From assembly GCF_006345805.1 (NCBI RefSeq), contig NC_043016.1, positions 16,182,001-16,246,000 on the forward strand: a stretch of DNA of 64,000 bases, written 5' to 3'. Both the position numbers and the translations under genes were made by a program. This stretch comes from Octopus sinensis. Taxonomy: Eukaryota. The notes beneath the pieces are model-generated. The model worked only from the letters and a program-made list of their open reading frames with translations, made no database searches and had not been told where the DNA came from. Positions 25,524 to 38,743 of the stretch are shown here, in pieces (the stretch's first letter is position 1; every line of letters starts with the position of its first letter).

Positions 25524-25657
25524 CTTGTTTTATTTATATTTCCTGAGCGCCATACTAATACAATTGTTTGTTTGTATTCCACCTGCCTTCGTCTTTTGTT
25601 TATTTCCGTAAACCTGCCTTCGTCTTTTGTCTATTTTCATAAAGCTTCCCGTTATAT

Positions 25658-25764
<107 letters not shown>

Positions 25765-25998
25765 GCACTATTTTGTTATGCGCGTTTAGTAGACAGTATG
25801 AACTGTGAATAAAGCGAATACGCACAATGTGTATCACTCCGCTATATACATATATAAACATGCAGAATAAATAAAAACAGGAAAAATATATATTAACGCC
25901 TCCAATGAGTTGTTTTATTGTCTCAACATAAAACAAAGAAGATACAACATTCGGCAATGCCCTTTTAATGGGGGAAAGTGATGTGGCTTATATACAAA

Positions 25999-26231
25999 GG
26001 CGGCGAGCTGGCAGAAACGTTAGCACGCCAGGCGAAATGCGTAGCCGTATTTCGTCCAGCTCTTTACGTTCTGAGTTCAAATTCCGCCGAGGTCGACTTT
26101 GCCTTTCATCCTTTCGGGGTCGATAAATTAAGTACCAGTTACGCACTGGGGTCGATGTAATCGACTTAATCCCTTTGTCTGTCCTTGTTTGTCCCCTCTG
26201 TGTTTAGCCCCTTGTGGGTAGTAAAGAAATA
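25999..26231 (+). mobile_element. tRNA-derived SINE with 10-bp TSD
   Basis: ggcggcgagctggcagaaacgttagc...gagttcaaattcc; tatatacaaa at 25989-25998 and 26232-26241. Confidence 0.9.
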
Positions 26232-26241
26232 TATATACAAA

Positions 26242-27305
26242 CGTAGCAGCTAACAGCTAACCTTTGGCCGCTATTTGGACCCCGTTGTGTCCATTATTCT
26301 GATTGGTTGGTATTGGCGCAATTTGCCTCTTACTCTGTCGCGCCAATCTGCAGCGTATAACCAATCAGAGCCCTAAATAAGATCACGTGAGACAACCTGT
26401 TCACAATCCCAGTTGAGCCTGCTCTTCATTATATAAACCCACTTTCTCCTCGTCTCGAGGTCTTTGGTTCCAGACCTTCTAAGGTCTAGCCACTGACTAC
26501 ACAAGACACAAACAGTTCCAGCGATAACGCCAGATGCCCAGGTTTCAACACATCGCTGTTCGTTAATTACTTTACCAGGGATCAACAGCAAATATACAAC
26601 CTTCGTGCCAGACGACAACATCCGTTCAACAGCATTACGGCAATCTCTTTCTTCGTCGCTACCATCCTCCTCTTGACGACGTCAACAACGTCTCTACGTA
26701 CACAGCTCAACCAACAACACTGCACAAGTTCCAACATAGCACTGTTTGCGAATTACTTCACCATGGCTAACAGCGAATATACAACCTGCGAGAACTCCTG
26801 TTCACGTGACCCAAGCAGCAGCATTACAGCCACAACTTCGTACAACACGTACCGCAACCGGCTCTGCATCATCGCCACAACTTCTTAATACAGTATTTCT
26901 ATCACCGTGTACAATTGACTACGAAACTGGTATTTCTCATTCTTGTATCTACGAACGTTCGTCTAACTTCTCATTATAGATTATTTCACTGTCTCCTTCT
27001 TCATTGCTATTCTTATATGTGCTTAACACACACGCATACACACATTCATATACAAACATTTTGTTCTCATGATGGCCTGTCTATTATTCTGTATACATGA
27101 CGCGCACACAGACACAAATTAACATATCAATAAATCTCTCTCTTAAACCTTCGGTTGTGCCTTTCTCTTTTCCAACTTGCACCTTATATGTATTATTTCA
27201 TCCTTCTGATCTGAGACGTTATTAGATGGTTTCACCACACTTCACCTCGATCATTTATAGACCCATTTAAGCTTAAACAAGCCAACTGTGAACATACTTG
27301 CTACA
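26242..27305 (+). mobile_element. Putative solo LTR
   Basis: Ends (c)GTAGCA...TGCTACA, CCAAT cluster, TATATAAA at 26430, AATAAA at 27129, internal direct repeat; no TSD found. Confidence 0.4.
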
Positions 27306-27469
27306 TCCTCAACAGCACTGCGAATGCAAGGATTTGAGGAAATTTTCCATAGCTCCCAGGCTGAAAGTATGTTCAATTAATCTTCGTTAACATCCAGCCT
27401 CTCCGAAAATTTGGTTGCTCTTAATCCACCACAAATCCTCTGTAAATTGCATGGATTGACGAACCACTA

Positions 27470-29790
27470 TGTGTGCGTGCTACCGTTAGACAGCTGAGAG
27501 CGTCTGACAACATCCAAGATGCAAGACGCTTATTTTCTTCATTCTTTTGTTTGTTTGTTTCTTTCTTTATTTCTTAATTTCTTTCTTTTGCATGATGGCT
27601 CCGTCAAAGAAGCACGCTACGGAAAGACATCCCTGACAAACGGCATCCTCACTCATTCACCGTCCGCAAAATCGTTTCAGATATGCCTGCCTCAGTACTT
27701 GCCAGCGCATCATTAGCCTCGACATACCAACACCACATGCAGAAAAGGTTGGAATCAAATGAAAACCAGTGGAGCGTTTCTCTGCAGAAGTTTCAATCTT
27801 GTCAGTTGAAATTTGGGATAAGACACAAAAATTTGAAATCCCTAGATAACGGAGTCAATGTAGGTGTTCTTCACCTCTGCCCGACATTTCGGGGATAAAT
27901 TCTCGGGGGATTGCTGGGTGAGTCTCACCACCCTACTCATTAATTCTTAGTCACCTGGAGGTTTAGCTCGAACCAAATCCCACGTACTATCGGTAACACA
28001 AGCCAAGACGCCATTACGGGATCTTAACTCTTCAGTTGCCGAGATGCAAGCACCACTCACCACCTCAAATTTCTTTTAATATGGAACTCTTCTATTTCAG
28101 TCGTGGTGAGTTTGTCTTCATATGTCGAAATAGACTTTCTACATCCTAGTTCGAGTTGGACGCTCTTTTGCGCCTCCAGCTTCTGCAAAAATGACTTAAA
28201 AGCTAAAACATAGAAGAGTAGCATGATCGGAAACGCTTTATGGACCGAGTATGAGATTCGATAGTTCCGCTTGGTGGTTATGCGGTTAGACCACAAAAGA
28301 GATGTCTTTTTGGGATGAAGCAATCTAGCCCCTGCAAACTGGAAACCAACCACTCTAAGGACCGCTGCCAAGTTCCGACGACCTTGGATTAAGCCAAATT
28401 GATCACAAACCCCCAACGACTCAAGGTTTATTACCCACCTTCTCTTCAACGTATTACGTAAGGTAGATGCCACCGTAGATAAATTTGTCTGGAATGCACC
28501 CCCGACCACATTTCTTCGTGAGAAAATTGGTCAAAAACTTAGACTCTGCGTCCAGCAAATATATGGACCGGAAACTGTCACCACCAACCATATTTTAGCT
28601 GCCGTTATCGGATATTTCGCAATATTCCATATCTTCTGTAAAGAGCTGCGGCAGGCTGTCGAGAACAGCACTAAAGTTCATCGTCTTTGATCCATTATTA
28701 CCATCAAACAGTTCTGCAGAATACTGCTAGAAAGCCGTACTTATATGTCTGGGTTCGATCAGCGTGCGCCCGTCATAGTCACTTGAAGAGTAAACCATGA
28801 ATTTGCCGTAACTTCTCTACTACCTCAGGTCCGTCTAACAGATTTTTGCTCCCTCTTGTCTAAGAGTATTTGCCTTCTTCCTTAGCTCTGACACATAACG
28901 TATTTTTTGTACTAAAAACTGTTCAAGTCCATTTTCACTGCTCACTTATCGACCGCGATACCTTCTTTAATAACTTCTTCTAATCTCGTGGCTATCCTTA
29001 TTCAGTCTATTATTATTTTCTATCATTACTTCTCTGTAATACCTTATCGATTCTTCTCTGATGGTTCTTTTGAGAGAGACCTACCATGCATTGGTGACAA
29101 TTGTCCTCATCAGCTACATTTAAATTAGTTTACTAATCTACTCACGGCAGCTTCCGGTGATCGATCCCCCATGCGTGCGTCCTACTGACTTGCGATCGGT
29201 ATGGTCGAATAGCCAAAATGGTGTCCGTCTTACACTACCCAAATCCGCTGAGTCAACAAATGCTGTGACTAGATATGGACTTGACAACGCGATGCAATTT
29301 ATCCAATAGACATATTTGGGAAATCCAGTCGTACTTGCCAGAGAGTTGGACGTATTTGGGCAGTTTTGTAGGGCCAACTCTCCGGTCACTTATTCCTACT
29401 TAATCCCAACGTATGTCTAAAGATGCCGGTTTTGTCACCCAACAGCGCTAACGCGCGAGACATTCACAAGAATGATTCTAGGCGTCTGAAGAACATCGGT
29501 TGCACTGCCTAAATCAGTATATAAACGGAGACTATTCTAAAGACGCTGTCTTACTATCAGGCTCTAGGAAAATCGTCCGTTCCTCGTCACCAGACCTTTC
29601 TAAAACAATACTGCCATCCAGATCGATTCTAGCCAACCAAAATTGCAAACAATTCGCAATCATCGATTAAAAATATAAGCGATTGTGCGCAGGAAATCTC
29701 GGTCAGGCTGATAGCCACCATATCTTTATCCGGTCGTTAAGCAAATGATATTGCTACTAGGCAACCCTTCAGGTTATAACTCACTCTAGC
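27470..29790 (-). mobile_element. Degenerate L1/Tx1-type ORF2 (EN plus RT) with deletions
   Basis: HLLND..DMVAISLTE and FFRRLESFL..LLGD (EN); INL(D)*SK..LAAVL and SVHKAFPIMLLFYVLAFKSFLQKLEA...STYEDKLT (RT); LS..CRAEV..YIDSVI. Same family type as 1-900. Confidence 0.75.
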
Positions 29791-30569
29791 TACGACCATG
29801 TTGTACTGAGAAGAATGAAACATGTCACCTTTGTCTTGAATAACTGTTGATCATCTCTTCTTTGAGAGATAAATCCTTTAGAGAGACAGACCTTTCAAAA
29901 CCTCTTCCAAATGTTTCTTTGGCTGTTATTTTTTTGGAAAATACTCGTCACATGGGATTTTTAACCCCGCAAAACCACAAAAAATTCCTGTTAATGTTTT
30001 CACCAGAAATCCATTTGCTGATGTTTTTAAGGGGAATTCCTCGAAATATCTTTGTCTTTTGTCTTCGAGTTGTTTTATGGTTTCCATTAAAGAAAAGAAG
30101 GCAGATGAGGAGGGGGAGGTTTGTTGTGTGTATGAATGTTGTTGTTGATGTCATTGTTTCGTTGTTTTCGCTGTTGTTGTTGTTTTTCTTTTTGTTTCTT
30201 TTCATGACTTTTTGTTTTGTTTGTTATGGTTGTCGTTGCGTTTGTGTCTTCTGTTGCGACTTTTCAGCGATTGGTCGTCTTTTTTATTTTTTTTTTCTGT
30301 GGCTGTGAATTATTGTTATTGTTGATGTTGTTATTTCTAATTGTTCTTAATCGTGTTTATGATGTTGCTTTGGTTGATTCTTTGGTTGATTCTCGTCGAT
30401 CAGTGCAGTCAATTATATCGATCCCGCTAATTAACCAGTATTTATTTTATCGACCCCAGAAGGATGAAAGAGAGACAAGACTTGAACTCTGTATCGATAT
30501 TGGTGTGATCAATATTACCGATGTTAGTCTTAAACATCTGTAACTTGACAGCTCTCTTTCTCAAACACG

Positions 30570-30628
<59 letters not shown>

Positions 30629-30643
30629 ACACACACACAGCAA

Positions 30644-30684
30644 GTTAGACGCATAATTTCACCTGTCTCTGGTTCATCAGGTAG
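30644..30684 (-). ncRNA. Degenerate hammerhead-like motif at PLE 3' end
   Basis: CUGAUGA-ACC(agagaca)GGU-GAAA-UUAUGC-GUC: core and stem II present, stem I does not pair. Confidence 0.35.
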
Positions 30685-32040
30685 TGTGCGAAAAGTACAT
30701 GAGTGCTTATCTATACAGTGAGTCTATATAATTCATATCTGTATCATAATAATTACCGTTGAAATTTCATAAGTTTTATTTTAAAATATCTCTGTTGATG
30801 ATAAATCGTTGTGATGTTCAGATAGAAAGCTTCTCTCAAGTGAACGGGAATATATTCTTGTTTAGTGATAGAGAAGTGTATGATAAGAACGATTTTTCTC
30901 GTGAATAATAATCTGAGATTGTCGAAAGCTGTTCGTGGTATTTAAGATATTCCATATGATATCCTAGGATATATTCAGATATCAAATATCTTCAGATATC
31001 AAATAACACTGGTGAGTGCCATATCAGAGTTATCTTGAATGCTTCTAAAAATATAATCATGTCGATAGAGCTTAAATTCGAATAGATTTGCTGTATGGAT
31101 ATAACGGATACAGTGTGTATTTAGATTAGTTTGTAACTATAATAGTTTAAATATAGTAATTTTCGAGACATTTACCATTGCAAGAAGATATGGTGATTTG
31201 GGATTTTGCTATTAGTGGAGTGTAGATATTTTACATTATCTATTTTCTTAGAATTTTGATGGAACACTTTTAGAGCGGTTATTTATCGTTAAGGAATTAA
31301 TTTTAAGTGAGTAAAGGTCGTATTTCTTTCTGCATTTGTACCATATAGGAAAATCAAAATGCATAAATTTTAAGAATATTTTCCCCTGTTAAAGCGCTGA
31401 CATTAAATGGATAGGGTGGATTGTATCATATTATTTCTGGCTTTGAGCCTTTATACCTTGAATAACTTTCAAATATTTAATTTTCTCTTTGAAAACGAGT
31501 ATTTACTAGGGCACATTCATATTGGTTGGTTACTAAGTTGAATAAAAGTTTGTTGTAAGAGATGGGTAAGAATCTAAAGAATAGTTGGCGGTGGATTGGT
31601 ATAATGATCTTTATATAACATTGAATCGTTTGGTTTAAGTTAGCGCTGAAATTTATTGTTATCAGTTAAATTCTTGGGTGTTATTAAATGTTAAATCTAT
31701 GAAATTAAATAATTTAAAATTACTGCATACGATAATTTCTGGTTTAATTCAATACTTATTTTAACTGGATTTTTCCTGAATTTATCTATTCAGAATTTTC
31801 AAATTTAATCTGCTTGTATATTCTTAATCTGATTCGCGTTCTGTCATAATTTTATTCAAAGCATTTGGTTTTTGGATTTGGTTTACAAGATTCTTTATAT
31901 GAGCTCGTGTGTTGAAGCATATTCTGATGTGCCTGGGGAGAGTCATTTTCTTTTTGTGCCTTATAATGTAACACACTCACTGGTAAAATTTCCACTTATT
32001 TCTTACTTTCATTTTCCTAAAATTTTCGTTGTGTCTTGCA
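30644..32040 (-). mobile_element. Degenerate Penelope-like element (thumb, linker, GIY-YIG, 3' end)
   Basis: AHIKNLVNQI; II*YNPPYPFNV (WFNPPY-type motif); RYIHTANLFEFKLYRH; WNILNTTNSF..EKSF..LNKNIFPFT. Confidence 0.65.
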
Positions 32041-33044
32041 ACCTTTTCAATAGTCTTGACTGTCCGTTATTTACACTGCATTCCTTTTTTGTTTGTTTGT
32101 GCGCATGTGTATGGGTCAGTGTGTGTGCCTATGCATGCATGCATGCATGTACGTATGTATGTATGTATGTGTGTATGTATGCATGTGTATGTATGTATAT
32201 ATGTGTGTGTGTGTGCATGTGTATGTATGTATCCTGTATATTCATGTGCTTGCATGTCTGTGTTTGTTTATTTTCTTTGTATGTGTGTGTGTGCATGTGT
32301 TTGTATATGTATGCACCTCTGTCTTCTTGGTGTGCATGTGTATGTGTGTTATGCTACTATGTATGGATCCGTGTCTCTATATGTGTTCTTGTGTGTATAT
32401 ATGGTCATGTGTTTCAGTCTCCATTTGCGTATCAAGTGCTTGTCTGTTCATATAACCTATGTACTTATCCGTCTGTACGTTGGTCTGTTTATTTTCATAT
32501 TCATATGCTTACATACAAAAAAAAAATGCATGTGCATACACACACACTCACACTCACACACTCAGATACATACATCTATCTACATTAATCTACAGAATTC
32601 TGCAGGGAACGACTCTAGCAGATTGCCAAGAAGCCATAAAGAATGTTTCATGCTGATTCTTTTTTATTTAGTCAAGTTTTGTTAATTTCATATTATGCCA
32701 TTTTTCCATGATTCCTTTTCATTTGACCAATATATTGATGTGTAAGAGTTTTTTTCAAATGTAATTCTGGAGAATTGAGGAGTCAAATTTACCTTATCTT
32801 GTCTTACTCATTTCGGCTCATCTAAATTTGTCTTTTATAAGCTCAAAGAGAATGGAAGTAATTTTCTGAAATAGTGTTCTGAATATGTTATAGTAGTTTT
32901 TAATGCATTTAGAGAAAGCTACTGATGTAGTTTTTGTTAGATAGTGAACTTTTATAAAAATATTTTTAACTCAAAGTGAAAAAAAATGCTACCTATTGTG
33001 CCCCACCACCCCTTACTGAAAACAGAAAAAAGACTTTTGGAATA

Positions 33045-34384
33045 TTATTTATTATTATGGCAACAAAGTCTACCTGCTACACTTCTCGGTCTGTTATCAT
33101 CAGTGATCAGATCGTCACAGCCCTCTCTGTGTGATCTTCACGTTAACTTTCAGCAGATCTCTGTAAAGGTTATTCATTTGTCATATATTGCTGCCATTTC
33201 ACATTTACAGCCATTTGTAGCATCCTTGTGTAGCATCAATTTAGCCCATTTGATCATTTCTTTGTCAGTGTCCATATTTCATTGCCATTTAACAGCACTG
33301 ATTCAACAGTTGCAATGAACAGCTTCATTTTGATTTGCCTGGCCAATTTGGTATTGCAGACTTTCTTTAGTTTGTGACAGGCTATCCATGTTTGTGCCTT
33401 CCTGAGCTTGATGTCTGCTTCCAAGATGCTCACTCAACCATCTAAATACTTGAAGTCTTCAGCAACATTGAATTTGGAACCACTCAGAACAAACAGTTCA
33501 GTATCACTTGATTGGTTGAAAGACATGTATTCTGTTTTCTTGGCGTTTGTGTGCAGTTCTATCTTTGACAGTTGATGCTTCTACTCTGCTGAGCAGCTGT
33601 TGAGCTTGATCTATTAGCTATGAGTGATCTATTAGATAAGAGTGCTGTATCATCTGTGAAGTCCAGGTCTGTGATGGTTACTGCTGGCACTCTCCATGAT
33701 CATTGCTGGTCTATGATGAAACCAAGGTCTTCGTCTCTGTTGTCTATTGGATTAGGCATTGCATAATCCAATACAAGAACAGATGTGGTGCAAGTGTATC
33801 TCCTTGTAGCAGCCTAGCTAGTATTTGAAAAATCCAGCGTACGAAAATTTGACTGAAAGAGGGAAAAGCTGCTGGCCCTGATGAAATCCCTCCTGAAGTT
33901 ATCAACAGGTACAATCTGGATGAAATAATACTGGATTTTGCCAATAAGCTCTTGCAGAACCAAAAAAGTGCAGATCAGTGGTCTGAGATTAACTTGATAC
34001 CAATCCCAAAGTCAGGAAACCTCAACAATGAAACTAACTACAGAAGAATTGCATTGTCCAATATTTCATTCAAAGAGATCAACCAAATGACTTTCAACAG
34101 GATTGAACTGGTGCTTGATAGCCATCTGGGACCAAATCAAAATGGATTTAGACCAAGGAGATCCACAACATCTTTCTTAGCCCTGAGTCATATCACAGCA
34201 GTTAAATCAAGGTTGCCATTATAACCTTCATGAACTTCAGCAACGGGTTCAACAGCACCCATTATTACAAAATATTGAAGTTCCTTCGAGTATATGGCAT
34301 TCCAGAAGAACTAGTTCTTGCTATTGCAAAGACCTATGAGACGACCAGAACTTGTATGTTGTCATCTGTTGGAGAAACGGAATT
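33045..34384 (-). mobile_element. RTE-clade LINE insertion with inverted 5' part, (TAA)n tail and 11-bp TSD
   Basis: Minus 33835->33058: FQILARLLQGDTLAPHLF, DLDFTDDTALLS, EDFKYL, ATVESVLL. Plus 33836->34389: KAAGPDEIPPE, LIPIPKSG, NYRRIAL, NQNGFRP, ETEFF. TSD cttttggaata at 33034-33044 and 34385-34395. Confidence 0.9.
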
Positions 34385-34879
34385 CTTTTGGAATAGCCGT
34401 CCCATAGATGTTGGAATTTCACAAATTTTGTCAGGATTTTCCCTTTTTTTCATGCATTGCAAAACACCGAAGAGAAACCTTTTTAAAACAAAAGTTTTAA
34501 AAATCCATTCCTTTTCAATGTTTATCTCTCCCCTCACACAAACACACTCATCATACCTTTGGAGGAACAACCTCTAAAATTATATATTTTTCTTTTTCGT
34601 AATTTTCTGCCATTTTATCATATTCTGCATTCTGAAATATTTATAACTGGTGTCAAAGAAAAAGTCTTACAACCTCTTCACTCTTCCATTGTATTTTTCA
34701 AAATAAAGGAAAAGTCAAACACTGCAAGGGAATGTGTGAGAAAACAATTCGAATTTTGAAAGGTGCATCTATAAAGCGACGTTTTCAGTTGTTTATTTAA
34801 ACTTTCTCTGCTACCTCGCCAAATACAATTACATGCAATAGACGGGTTTTCTCACTGCATAACATAGAAGGGGCCCAGC

Positions 34880-35095
34880 TGACAAAAGCCTTGTGACTAG
34901 GTGTAAATTAAAAGAAGCCTGTCGTGCATGTGTGTGTGTTGGTTTGTTTACGTTCCCATCACTTGGCATTTCGGGAAAACGACTGATAGAATAAATTCCG
35001 GGTTTAAAAAAAACTACTGAGGTTGATTTATTCGACCAAAACCTCCGATGCAATGCTCCAGCATGGCCGCAGTCCAGTGAAAGAAACAAGTAAAC
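34880..35095 (+). mobile_element. SINE 3' portion
   Basis: aaagaagcc.gtcgt...gatagaata...ctccagcatggccgcagtcca. Confidence 0.65.
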
Positions 35096-35108
35096 GGTAT
35101 AAGATAAA

Positions 35109-35340
35109 GGCACAGAGCTGGCAGAATCGTTAGCACGCCGGGCGAAAATGCTTAGCCGTATTTCATCTGCCGCTACGTTCTGAGTTCAAATTCCGCCGAG
35201 GTCGACTTTGCCTTTCATCTTTTTGGGGTCGATTAAATTAGTACCAGTTACGCACTGGGATCGATATAATCGACTTATTCCGTTTGTCTGTCCTTGTTTG
35301 TCCTCTCTGTGTTTAGCCCCTTGTGGGTAGTAAAGAAATA
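35109..35340 (+). mobile_element. tRNA-derived SINE inserted in the tail of another SINE, 13-bp TSD
   Basis: ggtataagataaa at 35096-35108 and 35341-35353. Confidence 0.9.
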
Positions 35341-35743
35341 GGTATAAGATAAAAGATCCAATACCTTTACTTTCTACATGTTTCAGTCATTGGATTGCGA
35401 GCTCGAAGCGTTAACGAAATTAAGGTGGCAACCTCACAATAATTTTAATTGAGACTAAATCTACAGAGACAGGACAATGGTTTCGTAAGTGTTGAATGGA
35501 TTTTAAGGTCGTGCTCTACGTTTAGTCTTATAAACGGAAAATGCGGGATTCAGAATAGATATAGTTAGTATAAGATTTAATTTTTTAACATATTATGGAA
35601 TGGTGGGTATAAGACCTTTCAGTGTTGACTGAGTTGAATGTGGTTCTGTCCCTAAAACTACTTTTATATATACGAATTAAACATCGAGAGATGTTCATTT
35701 TAGTACATCTAATTTGAATGTCTTTTTCCTGTGTACTTTGAAG

Positions 35744-35745
<2 letters not shown>

Positions 35746-35816
<71 letters not shown>

Positions 35817-35843
35817 TGATGATGATGATGATGATGGTGGTGG

Positions 35844-35877
<34 letters not shown>

Positions 35878-35897
35878 CATCATCATCATCATCATCA
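35746..35897 (+). repeat. (AAT)n-(GAT)n-(CAT)n microsatellite
   Basis: Read directly. Confidence 0.95.
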
Positions 35898-35900
35898 CTC

Positions 35901-36410
35901 TAACCCTAAATCTAAAATAGATTGAAATGCAATAGATCGATACTAGGGTTATAATTATGGGTGACAATTTCATACGACACCGCTACGGAAAATGGGATTT
36001 TTTTCTGGCGGTGTCAAATGAAAATGTTACCCATAATTATGGCCCTAGTATTGATCTATTGCATTTCAATCTATTTTAGATTTAGGGTTAGGGTTAGGGT
36101 TAGGGATAGGGGTTGGGGAAGGGTATCTTTTTTTCTTCACAAATGTAAATAAACCCAATCTGTTTCTTAAAGGAGGGACATATTCATTTGGTACAGAATG
36201 TTATTTACCTAAATGGACGTCAGCGATTGGTTAAAATTGCCGAAATGCTCGAAATTAAAGACGAAATATCTTACAACCTATAGAATTTTCTCAATAAAGC
36301 CAAGAGAAAATGATGTTTTATAAACACATTCTACCAGTATACGAAGTTTAAAATTTTTTAGTTACATAGAAATTATGTTACAAAGTGCCGTTCAAAAGGA
36401 AAAGATCCAA
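35901..36410. mobile_element. Non-autonomous DNA element with an 83-bp-arm internal palindrome and (TTAGGG)4
   Basis: 35901-35983 is the reverse complement of 36008-36090; TTAGGG x4 at 36082-36105; right boundary approximate. Confidence 0.65.
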
Positions 36411-36794
36411 AACTTGTCTTCGTATTGTTTTGTCCTGGAGGGGGACATCTACTTGACTAAAACCTTCGATGTGGTGCCCCAGAATGACCGCAGTCCAGTG
36501 AATGAAACAAGTAACACATTTCTCTAGGAAATATTCAAATGTTACTTATCGATCCCGAAAGGATAAAAGGCAAAGACGACCTCGGCGGAATTTTAACATA
36601 AAGATGGACGAAATACCGAATTCTTGTCATAAAGTCTGCACTAGTCAAATCCTTACACGTGCCAACTACGCTTTTTGTTGTTCATATAAGGCTGGAAAAG
36701 TCTAGAAACATTGACGAGATGGCTTGGTTGAACCTCGGCATGAACAACACGTCATTATGTCTATACCAGATTGAATTCTTATTGTTTTTTTAAG

Positions 36795-37005
36795 GACAGT
36801 GACCTAGCAGAATAGTTAGCATACCGGACAAAATGCCCAGCAGCGTCTTTTCCGGCTTTACATTCTGAGTTAAAATTACACCAAGGTCTACTTTGACTTT
36901 CGTCCTTTCGGATTCAATTAAATAAGTACCAGTGATACACTGGGGTCGCTGTAATCTACTTATCTTCTCCCTTCGAAATTGCTGGCCTTGTGTCAAAATT
37001 TGAAA
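36795..37005 (+). mobile_element. tRNA-derived SINE, diverged
   Basis: gcagaatagttagcataccgga..ttctgagttaaaatt..ataagtaccag..gaaattgctggccttgtg. Confidence 0.7.
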
Positions 37006-37321
37006 CGTGTGTGTAAGCAAAAGCTGGGTATTGTAATCATTCGTCTTTGTGTGTTTGTAAAATTACTGGAAAACGACAGAAAAACTCATTATCTTAAAAA
37101 AAAATTTCCCGATAAGCAAATGGTCCTATTCTTTGTTCACTTGCTTTTTCATATGAATCGACCCTCATCTGCGTGTATATAGATCATGGTGTACCTATGC
37201 ATGTAGACACGAGTGGGTACATACATACATACATACATACATACATACATACATACATACATACATACATACATACATACATACATACATACATACATAC
37301 ATACGTATATGCTACTCAGTG

Positions 37322-37360
<39 letters not shown>

Positions 37361-37589
37361 ATGTGTGTGTGTGTGTACACTGATGTATTTGAGGGTTTCG
37401 TTTATTTACGAGTTGATTTCTTAATTTCACCGGAGTATAAATATCTAAAATGGAGATGCTTAAAAGAAAGATTAACTCAGTTCAATTAAAAAGCATAACT
37501 AAGCAACGCATTGTGAGCCACACCGTAATTTGCGAAAAAGATTATCTGTGCGCAGAGTATGCATCATCATCATCATCATCATCATCATC

Positions 37590-38080
37590 AGGATTGGTGC
37601 GAAACAAAACCAAGACGTGAACCTATTCTCAATTCGTGATGGCGAGCTGATTTATGCACAGAGAGTAGTGATACTTGAAACTCTAGGAAAGAAAATATCG
37701 AGAGAATTTCATTTTGGACATCCTGACATTTCGAGGATGAAAGTTTTAATGCACAGCTACGAATATTGGCCAAAAATGGATAGAGAAATCGAAAATTTGG
37801 TGAAAGGCTGCAGCAAAATTACCAACGATAAAAAGTGAACCTTGGCCAAAAGTAAACGTTCCGTAGTTGAGACAACAAATCGATTTCGCTGGTCCTTTAA
37901 ATGGTTCATACTAATTAGTGGTAGTTGATAATTTATCTAAAAGGCCAGAAATTTGTAACCAGCCTCCTCAACTGAGATAAAACATTTTTCATGAGCTGTT
38001 TCCGAGATATAGCATCCCAGGCACTGACAATTGCACTATAGTGTCTGACAACTCTTACCAGTGACCTGACAACGAAAAAA
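37590..38080 (+). mobile_element. Ty3/Gypsy integrase remnant (zinc-binding domain and start of core)
   Basis: EFHFGHPDISRMKVLMHSYEYWPKMDREIENLVKGC; PWP..IDFAGPLNG..LVVVDNLSKRPEI; IVSDN. Confidence 0.8.
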
Positions 38081-38633
38081 TGCGATTTGTTTTTTTTTAC
38101 AGTAAATGCTTCTATTTTCACTATTTTTAAAAACAATATTTTAATCATTTAGAAAAATTTTTGCTGAATGTGACTTCAAAAATGTAAGTTGTTTGTACAG
38201 TAAGTATTTATATTTTAGCCTTCTTTAAACAGATAATACTTTAATGTCTTTTAAAATTATTTTCAAGTGAATACCATTACAAGAAATTTTTTTGGCATAA
38301 ATATTTCGTAAAAGACACATTCGTAACCTCAGTATAGAACCATTTTTTTCCATAGGTTTTTTTTCGAGTGCATTCAACGAATCTCACTTTCAAAGACTTG
38401 GCTGCTATCTCTAGCACACCCTGCTACCACGTAACTGCTATTTGCGATAAAGGACCGAAATACCTGTTACATGGTAGCAGGTCGTGCAAGAAATAGTATC
38501 CAAATCTTTCCTTTTGGGAAGAAAGGAGCCGCTTATGTGTGATTTCGATGTCACAATCGTTGAAAGCATGCAAAATAACTTAGAAAAGAAAACCCCATGA
38601 AACAAGACTCTGTTGCTGAGAAACTCATATATA

Positions 38634-38669
<36 letters not shown>

Positions 38670-38703
38670 TGTATGTATGTATGTATGTATGTATGTATGT
38701 ATG

Positions 38704-38739
<36 letters not shown>

Positions 38740-38743
<4 letters not shown>

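Noticed and set aside
36082-36105. True telomere or chromosome-fusion site
   Set aside because: Only four repeats, embedded in a fold-back repeat element.
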